A DNA stretch of 64,000 nt. It comes from Lingula anatina. Taxonomy: Eukaryota > Animalia > Brachiopoda. Below the pieces are notes generated by a model. It ran no database searches and was not told the origin of the DNA. It worked only from the letters and a program-made list of their open reading frames with translations. Of this stretch, positions 1 through 11,400 are shown one piece after another. Numbering within the stretch: position 1 is the stretch's first letter; each line of letters opens with the position of its first letter. The stretch lies in NCBI GenBank assembly GCA_051362555.1, contig CM120646.1, positions 13,020,001-13,084,000 on the forward strand, in the 5' to 3' direction. A program made the translations under genes and the position numbers.

Positions 1-1189
1 CTGTTGTTTAAACACGAACACCCTGAACACTGTCCAAAGCTTCACTTGGAAAATGAACACCAATTTCTATGTGTAAGTGTGTGCAATAATGTGCCTGGAT
101 ATGGCAAACCATGTGCATCATCTCCAATGAAAGTTTATTTGATTAGAAAGTAATGGATTATTGAAAATCTATTTTGTCTTTACAGGAAAGTAGTGAAGGG
201 GGCAGCTGAACGCTGAGAAATCAGATCCTAACAGGAGGGAAATATTCGGGAAAAGGTCCACCATGAGCACTCGGGACATTCAGTCTGAAGTTCTTACAAC
301 ATGAACATTCAATAATAATGAGACAAAAAGATGATCAACCACTTGCTAATTTGCCGTACTTTTCAGAGCTACGAGTTTACTTTACAAAACAACACAGGAG
401 ATTGCCGAGCAACAGGGTTAAGAATTTTAATGAAAAAGATTAAAGGAAAGCAAGATTCCAGATAAATGTACAATTGATACACTTCTGCACATGTCGCACT
501 GTAAGAAACAGAATGTGTATAAAAAACCTGTCCATTGGTCGCTGTTTCATCAAAAATGGGACGGTTATAGGTGTGACAGTGTAACGACTGTAACAAAATA
601 ATCCTCAAAATTGTCCTGGACGACGGGACGACAATGGCTTTTAGGTTGGAGGTGAGTAACATATTTTTATACTTAAGAAAATTGTGAAATAACAGGTAGG
701 GTTACACCAAACTTTTATTAATCATCGTATGTACGTTTAGATCATTTAGTATGCAGTAACAAAGATCGGTTGTCTCTTTACATTTTATATTTTACCTTTA
801 CATATATTTACAGGATGAAGAGGCTGTCGAGGACTTTGGGGTCCTTGAATACGAAGATTACGAAGTGGTAGAGGTAAGCAGAAATATTTATCCACTAGTT
901 AAAAGGCAAACGTAGGGCAAAAATGAGGTGGTAAAGACTAGCATCTTATATTGACGATTTAAAAGCTTCCATAGACTAATAACCAGTATGTTTTTATATA
1001 ACAGGTCGCTTTACCAGAAGAGATGCAAGAAATGGACCAGTAAGATAAAAACAAGACAGGTGAGTTTTAGCATTTTGTTTACTGAGTCGAATTTTATCAG
1101 TGTCATGTAATGGACTCTCGTTTTACTGCGTGCTTAAATGTTTAAATGACATAGATGTTTTAATGGTCACTAGGTCCAGATAGTAGTCT

Positions 1190-1480
1190 ATTGTCCAAGG
1201 CAGGATTCATCAAGGTAGTGGCATATTTATAGAAGGAACTGCTGGCTCACAATGCACCTGTATGGCATTAATGGCACTTGTGTATAATGATGTGAAAAAT
1301 GTGAGGGAGTGGGATGCAAGCGATATAGACACTGCATGTCATCCTTGATTCCCATAGCCAAAAACAGCAATGGGCTTGGAGATCCAAATAAGAAAGCTTT
1401 AGATTTGGAATTGAATACACAAGCTGCTCTTGTACATTACTTGAGAGAACTGACAGTTTCTTTGAATCTCAGGAACAGTA
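1190..1480 (+). pseudogene. Herpesvirus tegument USP-like (peptidase C76-like) deubiquitinase fragment within the Helitron
   Basis: IVQGRIHQGSGIFIEGTAGSQCTCMALMALVYNDVKNVREWDASDID (1190-1330), then LDSHS and NSNGLGDPN in shifted frames; resembles the HQG..G-x-QC..W..D..D-x-H pattern. Confidence 0.6.
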
Positions 1481-2259
1481 GTGCTTCTGAAGTGATGCCT
1501 CTATCATAGTTCTATATTAGTTTTTATTTGTTATTTTTTCAACTTTATTCTCAAATATAATTCTCTTAACTGCAGTTGTGCCATGGCCACTTATGTCAGT
1601 GACATGGACACAATAAAAGTTAAAGGGATAATAACTCTTCGTATGAAATCTGTATTTCACAATAAAAACATTGTGAATGACTCATAAAAATATAATATAT
1701 TCTGTTTTCCCTCAAAAAACAGCTGTTATAGCTATAATTCTGATATCTGAGCTTGTCTTTAGACCACGTGACCTCCATTGATGGCTATAATCTGTTAAAA
1801 TCTCTTAAGAGATTTTAACAAAAAACCAAACTTTTTAGAAAAAAACCAGGGCCTAACTTTGAATGTAAAAATGGATTCATTAACCATTGGTAAGTATGGG
1901 AAAATTGTTGTTTACTCCAGGAAAATTCATTTTTTGGCCGAAACGAAGAGTTATTATCCCTTTAATTACAGGGGAGTAGGAGCCTGGCCAGACAGGCAGG
2001 TAGTTAAGGAGAGATATACAACAGCATAGTACCTTAGCAGAAGACACTCTTTCTGTCACTGGACACACTGTCCCCTTGAAGTTAGGTGTAGAGTAATGTT
2101 AGAATATATGTCATGTAGATTAGCATTAGAATTTATGTCGCTTTCAATAGTAATTAACCTGGAAGTCTTTTATATAAAGGTATGTCTTTGATGTTTCACT
2201 ATATAAGATCCTCTGAATCCCAACATCAGCAGTTTGATGCTGAGGAGGAGCTACAATAA

Positions 2260-2516
2260 GGCTTCATTCACATGCAATGTCTATTTTCTAAATTCTATTT
2301 TCTAATTGCGGTATGTCTTATGATCACGGTCTGTGGCCTGAATATCCCGCGGCGTAATTACTGGCAGCGCGAGCCAGTTACTATAAGTTACTATAAGTAA
2401 CTGGCTCGCGCTGCCAGTAATTACGCGGCGGGATATTCAGGGCACAGACCGTGATCATAAGATAGCGCAAATAGAAAATAGAAATTAGAAAATAGACATT
2501 GCATGTGAACGAAGCC
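2260..2516. mobile_element. PIF/Harbinger (Tourist-like) MITE, near-perfect 257-bp palindrome
   Basis: Ends GGCTTCATTCACATGCAATG...CATTGCATGTGAACGAAGCC, arms pair over ~120 bp, TAA on both sides (2257-2259, 2517-2519). Confidence 0.85.
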
Positions 2517-2983
2517 TAAAGGTCTCTCCAGTAACTCTCTGTGTTGAGTTGTATATTCAAGGTGATCTACCTCCAAGTGTTGGACCCTCATACCTTGTTA
2601 TGTTAGAACCTCTACTGAGGAAGTTATAATTAAGATTCTGAATACAAAATATTTCCTTGGATAAAATATATAAAAGCTGGACTTCCAGCAGATGAGACAG
2701 AACGAATAAAGGGTCTTAACCGAGGAGATATCTTGTTGTCCTATTGATTGTGAAACTGGTGGAGACCTGTGGCTGATCCTGAAGTAGAACCATGTCTAAA
2801 ACTCTAGTGCCAGGAAGACCAGGAACTCGCTTGCAGTCAGGACAGGGAGACTCCTCCCTCGGTAAGAAATATACCACCAGATGACCCAACCCAGGAAAGA
2901 AAATCAAACTTCTAGATTCTAGTATCTACCAGAACTTTTATATGCAAGCCCATAAATTAGATGAAGATAAGCCCCCCCCCCCC

Positions 2984-3016
<33 letters not shown>

Positions 3017-3149
3017 CATTTGAAAACAAGCCAGAAAAGCTTCAGAGAAACTGACAAAATTCACTATCGATGAAAAGAACATGTCCCTTTCAGCTCATCG
3101 ATGTTTAGAGCTAGCAGGAGGGCCTTGAATATTCAGGGGGCATTTTAGC

Positions 3150-3182
<33 letters not shown>

Positions 3183-5010
3183 ATGATAGTTTTAAAACAG
3201 GAACCAAGACAATGTTGGGTTAATCAGTATAACCCACATTTATTAGAAGCTTGGGATGGCAACATAGATATACAATATACTGTAGATGCTTATGCTTGCA
3301 TTTGCTATATAGTGTCCTATATCTCAAAGAAAAGAGAGTGAATGGGTAAACTTTTGAGGGCTGCTCAAAAGGAAGCTACGGAGGGAAATAGTGAAACTGT
3401 TACTGAGATTGAAACACTAGGAAAAGTATGTTATACTCACATAGAGATTAGTGTTATGGAAGCTCTATACAGATGCACAGGCATGAAACTGAAGTTTTAA
3501 GTCAAGAAATGTACTGTATAGCAGCAGATATAGAGGCAATGAGATTGTTTTTACCTCGTAATATCTTAAAACACAAGATAGGGAGAAAAAATTTGGATCA
3601 AATATGGACAAAGTCTGATTTAGAAAGGTATTGGAATAGGACCAATAACAGAACATTTGAGTTATGTCCTTTGGACATTTTGTTGACAATTATAGAATGT
3701 ATAGTTCAAAGCAAAGCAAAACAAACAAACTAACAAAGATATCTTAGATAGTGAAAATGATGATAGTGATAGTTAAAGTAAAGACATTGCCTTATTAAAC
3801 AACTATGGTTTATTAGTGTGCGCATCAGACCCATTGTTATTAGATATTTAAAAGGATTAAAAGACCATGACCCAGAAAGATATTTTAAAAATAGATTGTT
3901 TGTTTAATCCTCATAGAGGCCAAGACATCTTAAATTCTGCATTTACATCATATGAAAGAAATGAAGAAGCTCTTAAAATATGAACTTTCAAAAATGATGA
4001 GGCAAAAAGATGATCAACCATTTGCTAATTTGCTTAAGGCTATACGTACAATGAAAATCGAAGAAGATTGAAACCTTATGACAAAGCAATGGTTCTTACG
4101 TGTGAATGATCAAGTTACAGCAGATTCAACAGAACTGTATGTTTTCCCCAGGAACAAAGAAGTTGATGAACAAAACAAAGATTTGTAAGAGACACTTTGT
4201 AAGAGACAGCATTACAATAGAAGCAGCTGATATCATGAATTCAAGTTCAGGACAAATAAAAAAAAAAAAGAAGGTTCTTTTTGCTAAAGAATTTTTAGCA
4301 TAAAGACCATTGATAGAAATTGCTATAAATGCTTAAAACAGATCTTAATGTTGGTGATGGACTTTCAAATGGCATTATGGGTACTGTTGTGAAGATTGAA
4401 CAAGGTACAAAACCATTAAATCAACCCACAGTACATCTGGGTACATTTTGATAACCCCAAAATAGATACAAATACCGGGCAACAAACAGTAAGACCTGAA
4501 AATATCCCTACAAACAGTGTAAAACTTAAGCCATATGTAGAACTTTTTGAACAGCAGTCAGTAAAACTGTCTCGATACCAATACCCTCTTAAGTTAGCAT
4601 GGGTCTGCACTGTTCATAAAACTCAATCGAAAACTGTTACTGATGCAGTACTTTCATTGAAACATGTCTTTGCACCAGGTGTCAGGTATGTTGCATTTAG
4701 TCCAACAACTACATTATCAGGTCTGCAATTTTTAAATTTTGATAAAGCTGATGAAGCAGCCAGCCTCGGTCTTCCTCTGGAACAACAATGCCTTTGTCTC
4801 CGAGTTGTTAGATGATTGATTGAGAAGGATTAAAGGAAAGCAAGATTCCAGATAAATGTAAAATTGATATACTTGTCATATGTACACTTTATGAAAATCA
4901 AGTCTTGTAAGAAAGAAAACATGAACAATTTGTAAGGCAGCATATTTTTCTTGTATAATCCTTGAACTATGATCATCTACAAAGAAACAAAGAGGCAAGG
5001 ACTTCCGAAA

Positions 5011-5286
5011 CTGTTATTGTATAACCTCCTCAGTCATTGCATACAACTAATCAGACACTTCAAAAATGCTACTTCATTTTTTTTTCTTCTGGAACATTTC
5101 ACGAAGATTGATAAAAATGCAGAGTGATAACAATGTTGGTTTACATCACTGTTATTGCATAACCTCAGGGATTGAGAACAAAAAGCTCAGTCGTTGCATA
5201 CAGATAATTAGATAAGTTTCGAAAATACTATTATAATTTTTTCTTGTGAACCAATCCATGAAGATGGATAGCAATAAAGAGTGATT
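5011..5286. repeat. Diverged tandem duplication (~130-bp unit)
   Basis: ctgttattgYataacctc...ctcagtcRttgcataca...agagtgat at ~5011-5128 and ~5149-5286. Confidence 0.6.
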
Positions 5287-5583
5287 GTCATATTGTATCT
5301 GCACCAGTGAAGCAATAAATTAATATTACAACCACTGCTTTGTAGCACACATGTGATTGAGAACTTTTGCACAGCTGCCATTTTATGTCCTGTTGCAAGT
5401 TAGGTAAGTCTTTCTGTTTATAAGTAAGAACAATGCATGGATATTTTACAGAATGTGTGTCTCGTGTTAGTCCACATGGACAGAAACCTGTGATTTATAG
5501 GTTCTCACAGAGACCAAGATTGCTGGTTCACCCACTTAAAGAACTATGCATTATACAGACAGTTGTAAGATAATCAGCTCCTG

Positions 5584-7026
5584 ACTGCAATTGTTAGACC
5601 ATTACTTAAAAAGCAAGGGCTGTGTAAAAATGTCCTGAAAAACTATAGACCAATATCAAATCTACCCTTTTTAGGTAAATTTCTTGAAAAAATGGCATGT
5701 TCCCAACTAAGCAGCTATCTATCTGAAAATAAACTCTTTGGGAAATTCCAGTCTGCCTATAGAGAAGGCCACAGCACTGAGACAGCTCTACTTCGAGTCC
5801 ACAACGACATAATGCTTGCCCTGGATAAACAAAGAGATGTCATTTTAGTTCTTCTAGACCTTTCAGCGGCTTTCGATACCATAGATCATAATATTCTTCT
5901 TCACAGGTTGCAGCATCGTTTTAGAGTGAATGGACTTGCACTTAGTTGGTTTACCTCTTACCTGAAAAACAGAACACAAAGGGTTTCAATAGAGTCGGTT
6001 TTATCTCAGCCAGTTAACTTGGAGTACGGTGTTCCACAAGGGTCTGTGTTAGGTCCGATCCTATTCTCATTATACATGTTACCTGTAGAAGATATCATAC
6101 TAAAGCATGGTCTGAACACTGTTATTTTTGCAGATGACACACAAGTATATATTACATGCAAGAGCAGCCAGTCTGCAACAATCACTTCTATGGAGACTTG
6201 TCTTGCAGAGATTCGAGAATGGATGAAAGTGAACATGTTGGCTTTAAATGATAGTAAGACTGAGTTGATATGGTTTACATCAAGGTTCAAGGCAAATAGA
6301 AAAAATGTAGCAAATGCCAACATTTGCATAGGAGATGTTCTTATAAAACCATCTAGTTCTGTAAAAGATCTGGGAGTTACCCTCGATGAAAATGGCACTA
6401 TGGGCAAGCGTGTATCTGAAGTGTGTAAATCAGCATCTTATGCACTATGGCGCATTGGAAAAATAAGGAAAGTGTTAGATAACAAAACCACTGAAAAATT
6501 AGTACATGCATTTATATCATCAAGATTAGATTACTGCAATAGTCTCCTCTTTGGTATTTGTGACTATCAGATTAAAAAGTTACAAGTTATTCAAAACTCA
6601 GCTGCAAGACTGGTTTGTCAAATTAAGTACAATAGTACACACCATATCACTCCCATTCTGAAAGAATTACACTGGCTGCCTGTGAAGCAGAGGATTGATT
6701 TTAAAGTACTCTGTATTATTTTTAAGGCGATCCATTCACAAGGACCATTATATTTATCTGATCTTATCTGTTTTAACTTACCACGGCGGTCCACACGTTT
6801 TAATACTGAGAATGATTTTATTTTAGAACATTCTGTTTTAGAGAAGGGGTGCCTAAAAAGTTATGGAGATCGTGCTTTTATAATCTACGCCCCAAGAGTG
6901 TGGAATGGTCTACCAAATTTTATTAGGAAAACAGAAGACTTTGACAATTTTAAATCTCTTTTAAAGACCCACTTTTTTAATTCTGTCTATATCTCTTAGA
7001 TTTTATTTTAATATATATATGTTTTG

Positions 7027-7059
<33 letters not shown>

Positions 7060-7224
7060 AGATTGATTTTTAGTAGTGTAAATTTTAAATGGTTTCCAAT
7101 GAGAGTTTATGATTAAAATATTGTAGTCATTTTAATGATTTTAGTATATTAGCCATTATTGTAAGGCGCCTTGAGATAGAATGTAAGGCGCCATATAAGA
7201 ATCTTATTATTATTATTATTATTA
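5584..7224 (+). mobile_element. 5'-truncated non-LTR retrotransposon (L2/CR1-group LINE)
   Basis: RT frame open from 5584 (TAIVRPLLKK..NYRPISNLPFLGK) to 6999; 3' UTR with TGTAAGGCGCCTTGAG...AAGGCGCCATATAA and (TTA)n tail ~7204-7224, like L2-clade 3' ends; no endonuclease domain. Confidence 0.9.
5692..6999 (+). CDS. LINE reverse transcriptase (C-terminal part of ORF2)
   Basis: QSAYREGHSTETAL, LLDLSAAFDTIDH, GVPQGSVLGP, FADD, LHWLPV..RI, RAF..APRVWNGLP motifs. Confidence 0.9.
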   Translation: MACSQLSSYLSENKLFGKFQSAYREGHSTETALLRVHNDIMLALDKQRDVILVLLDLSAAFDTIDHNILLHRLQHRFRVNGLALSWFTSYLKNRTQRVSIESVLSQPVNLEYGVPQGSVLGPILFSLYMLPVEDIILKHGLNTVIFADDTQVYITCKSSQSATITSMETCLAEIREWMKVNMLALNDSKTELIWFTSRFKANRKNVANANICIGDVLIKPSSSVKDLGVTLDENGTMGKRVSEVCKSASYALWRIGKIRKVLDNKTTEKLVHAFISSRLDYCNSLLFGICDYQIKKLQVIQNSAARLVCQIKYNSTHHITPILKELHWLPVKQRIDFKVLCIIFKAIHSQGPLYLSDLICFNLPRRSTRFNTENDFILEHSVLEKGCLKSYGDRAFIIYAPRVWNGLPNFIRKTEDFDNFKSLLKTHFFNSVYIS

Positions 7225-7359
7225 CACATGAGCAAATGTATAAGGTTGCAATAAGGAAATGATATGAGTAGCCTTTTCACGTCGCTTTCAACCAGCAGAG
7301 AGCACCAAATAGGATTCAGTATCAAACCTTTTCCATAAAGGTTTCATGTTAAATTTGGT

Positions 7360-7492
7360 TAATTTTGGTAATTACAGGGCAGGGTCAGAAGTGACCTGCT
7401 ATGACACGCAGGGTCAGAAATAACCTACCATGACACATCTCTAGCATCATTTTGGTAATTACAGGGCAGGGTCAGAAATGACCTGCCATGAC
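7360..7492. repeat. Short diverged direct repeats (gcagggtcagaaRtRacctRcYatgaca x3)
   Basis: Three related copies at ~7379, ~7409, ~7465; two preceded by ttttggtaattacagg. Confidence 0.6.
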
Positions 7493-8466
7493 AAAAATTT
7501 AGCATTTATAACTGGACAGACAGAGACAGGTCGATAACACTGGCTGGGCACAAGGTGAAGGGACATGTTGTCGCCCTTACAGTTATCTTAAATGTATCTC
7601 TTTGATCACAGGAATGTCTTTGATATTTATGTATAAAATCCCCTGAATCCTCTCAGAAGGGACAGAGGGACAGGGAGAGAGAAAGAATAAACTCAGTGGC
7701 AACAGAAATCTTGCTGGTTGATTATTACTGATCCCACAGTCTTCCACTTCTATGAAGTCACAGTCATGATAAAGGACAAAAACACTTTCAGCCCGTTCAA
7801 GATATCATCGCAGATATGTGACTAGAGGCAGCCAGAGACCCCCTAACTGAGAAATGGCCGATTCAGGCCATTTCAAATGTATAACCAATCATAGTTACAT
7901 GTGACCACATATGCAGAGTTATTTCAGACAAATTGCAGAGTTCTTAATAAGTGTTGAGAAGATTTAATGGGCTTCTGATTAATCTTATGATAAATTGCCC
8001 TCTGGAAAAGGAAACTGATGGCACCCAAACCTAAATGTTCTCCAGAAGAGATGAGATAAATACTGTGGAAGAAAATAAGATACTAATGCGTAGTTATATT
8101 ACCTATGAACAATAAAATGAAGATGAAATTAAATATAAGGAAACTAAAGCTCCCCTGTGTATCATGACTGCAATGTTAACCTCCATAGCACAATGGAGCA
8201 AATGACATTAAACAATGTGTTTAGAGCCGTGAGCAATAGTAGCATATACCACACTGGTGATCAGACTACATGATGTCTAAACATCAAATAATGATGTACA
8301 TACTACAAACATCAAGTAAAATTTTGTAAAATAATAGTTGTAGTGCTATCCAACCAGTGATTAAAAAAACAGCCAATATTGCACTTAAATAAAGCTGACT
8401 AGCTTAGAAAATATTTTAGCACAACTCATAAATAAATAATGCACATGTGTGCATATGACTAATACA

Positions 8467-11400
8467 TCATCGTATATGAATTTTCTTGACCCTAGATGGC
8501 AGCTCAATTGCACTCACTGTGAGTGGCCACATTCCTCCAATAATACCTGCTTGTATAGAAACTCCGTAAGTTACTGCCAACTCAGGGTCTATAGATGTAT
8601 TGGGATCTTTATCAAAGTACTCTCTTATCATTTTTCTTACTTTTGGAATGCGTGTAGAACCACCAACTAAGACTATTTCATCTATTTCACTAGGTTCCAT
8701 TTCTACAGTATGCAATACAGCTTTAACTGGATCTAAAACTCTCTGAAATAAATCTTCATTCAATTCTTCAAATGTGGCCCTCATGATTTTGTCTTTGTAA
8801 AAGGCCATGTGACCTGATTTCCTAAAGGAATGTAAGGGGATGTGAATAAATACCGCATCCTGATTGGTCAAGTTTAACTTGATGTCTTCTGTCTGTTGTC
8901 GTAGTAACTGGAGGTCTTCTGGATCTTTGAGTTCACGTCCAAATTTCTGCTTTATCTGACGTAACAAATGGTTGAAAAGCCTCTGATTAAAGTCCTGTCC
9001 ACCAAGGTGGTTGTTCCCTAAACAAATTTTGAACTACAGTTAATACCTAATATTGGGGTAATTTATAAGCAGACAATTTGTTCCCATATTAATTTCATCA
9101 CATCTTATGTACAATAAGATCATTATCATTCTTAACAGATTAATCTAGAACTTGGTGCCTTTTCACAAACTCCAGCATGTAAACACCTGGATGATCACCA
9201 CAGTGTGGATAGTGTTAGAATTTGTATTAACTGACATTACCTGCCATTGCCTGTGTAGAAAACATCCCTCCCTGTATATTCAGCAAGGATACGTCCAGCG
9301 TTCCTCCACCCAGGTCAACCACCAGGACGTTGTTGGTACCTTCTTTTTTATGTAGACCATACGCCAGGGCCGCAGCTGTAGGCTCGTTGATGATCCTGAG
9401 GACATCAATCCCAGCTAGCCTGGCTGCCATCCTTGTGTAATTCCTCTGCATCTCATCGAACTCAGCAGGTACGGACATGACCGCCCTGGTCACAGGACTG
9501 CTCAGGTTGGTCTCCGCGCTCTGTTTTAGAGTGGTCAGGATCTGGGACCCTATATACTCTGGTGTCACCATGGTTACATTGTCTCTCTGCTGTATGGCGT
9601 ACCTTATCATGCCGTACTCATCGGGCACCAACTGAAACGTTATAATTTTCTTTCCTTACTGCACTGAAGCTGCCTCCGAGAGGCCACATTGTTAAGTATG
9701 TATTATGCAATTATAACCTAACATCTCAAATAATATCAAATACTGAAATCATACAGTTATGACTCAATCTTTTCGGTGGGGAAAAGTGTGAATTTTACAT
9801 ATACTGTACATATTAAGGTAATAAATACTATTGCGTGCATGTGGAAGCAACAAAATTGAAAAGCAGGATACCCTAAAGTTCTATTCTACACAGTAAAAGC
9901 AGGATACCCTAAAGTTCTATTCTTTACAGTGAAAGCACCACAAATGCTATACAGATATATATAAATTTTAATAATTTCGTGTTTATGTATCTGAAAAATT
10001 AATGATTTTCTCCAATGAAAAAAAAATTGGAATCATTACAATGAAAAAAAAATTGGAATCATTACACTAAGCATAACCACCATATATATCTGAAAAATTA
10101 ATGATTTTCTCCAATAAAAAAAATGGAATCATTACACTAAGCATAACCACCACATGTAGGAAAGGTTGCTGATCGCAGCCAACTTTAGAAGGAAGAATAA
10201 TCTGTAAAGCAAAATAACATATTCTGCTGATTTCTTGCCTACCGAGTATTTCTCACAAGATATGCAAATCATGCAATCATAAAAAAGTGTCTGGGATAGC
10301 GCTAACACTCGCCAATTCCGCCAAATGCTAAAACTTACTTAAATTGGCTAAAGGAAAAGGGCTTGATTCGACTTGTGTTAGTCAAATTGTAACCATTTTC
10401 ATAAAAAATTGACAAAAAAAGTGGTGATTTGGCTAAGAGTAAAAAAATGTTGTGCTACCCCAGAGCATCCATAACTTTGATCATTTTGATAACTTCACCA
10501 TAAAACTCACTTTGAACTGATACCTGCCTGCCTCTTTGGCCAGCTCTTCAGTGCTGAACGCCTTCCCTATGAATCTCTTCCCATCGTAGAAGGTGTTGGA
10601 GGGGTTGTGTTCGGCCTGGGCAACTGCCCTATGCCCCACCACCACAGCCTTCTCTCTGCAATTGAATACAGGACGTAAAGTTTACACATAGCCAACAGTC
10701 ACGTTAAGATGGTCACTATGAAAAGATTTACTGACACTGAGATTATAAGTATGACCTAGGGGACACAAAAGATTTATTGAAGCACCAACTGGAAGCTCAA
10801 TATCTATGAGATTGTCACTGAGTGACATTGTCACAAGCATCATAATGCAACAATGCCAATGCAACAGAGTTATGTATACATCCTGTGTAATTAAATTCAG
10901 TACATATGGCAGGTTGATTTAAGTTAATATATAAAATTTTACATGTGTGTCACACTTTGTTTGTGACAAAGCTTTATAGTAGCTTTATCAGAATTAAAGA
11001 GAGGTTTATTTGCCGTTCTTTAGTTGACCTCCAATTTTTTGTGAGAAAAACTAATTTGAGAAAATGGGAGCCGTTTACTCACTGAGAAGAAAAAAATTGT
11101 TTAAAGCAATTTGCTAGCTGGAACTAAGTCACTTATTACTAAAACTTTCATTTCTTACAGTGTAATCTTACACTTAATAGACTGGGATAAGTTCTTTGGG
11201 AACAGAGTCTGAAAAAATAACTGTGGGCATTCTCTTGGTCTTTACCTATGGCCAGACTTTTTTTGCGACTTCCACTAGTTTGGCTTTGTGACCACAAAAA
11301 AACAATATGTAGAAAATATAAATCTACAGACAAATGAAAAAAAACATTAACATTTACTTTTTCTACCCGTAACTATACAAATATACATATAAAATATCAA

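Larger units (their letters stand above)
280..4880 (+). mobile_element. Degraded Helitron/Helentron (Rep-Hel remnants), many frameshifts and stops
   Basis: Rep C-terminal motif [39 protein letters not shown] (~3213-3330); PIF1 motifs MRQKDDQPFANLL (~3998), DGLSNGIMGTV (~4356), QYPLKLAWVCTVHKTQSKTV (~4579-4640); cysteine-protease-like fragment at 1190-1480. Boundaries approximate. Confidence 0.8.

Noticed and set aside
6006-6407. 133-aa - strand ORF
   Set aside because: Antisense to the LINE RT with no recognisable motif.
8467-9631. Hsp70 lacking a substrate-binding domain as a pseudogene
   Set aside because: This is the normal HSPA13/STCH architecture, and the spliced frame is intact.
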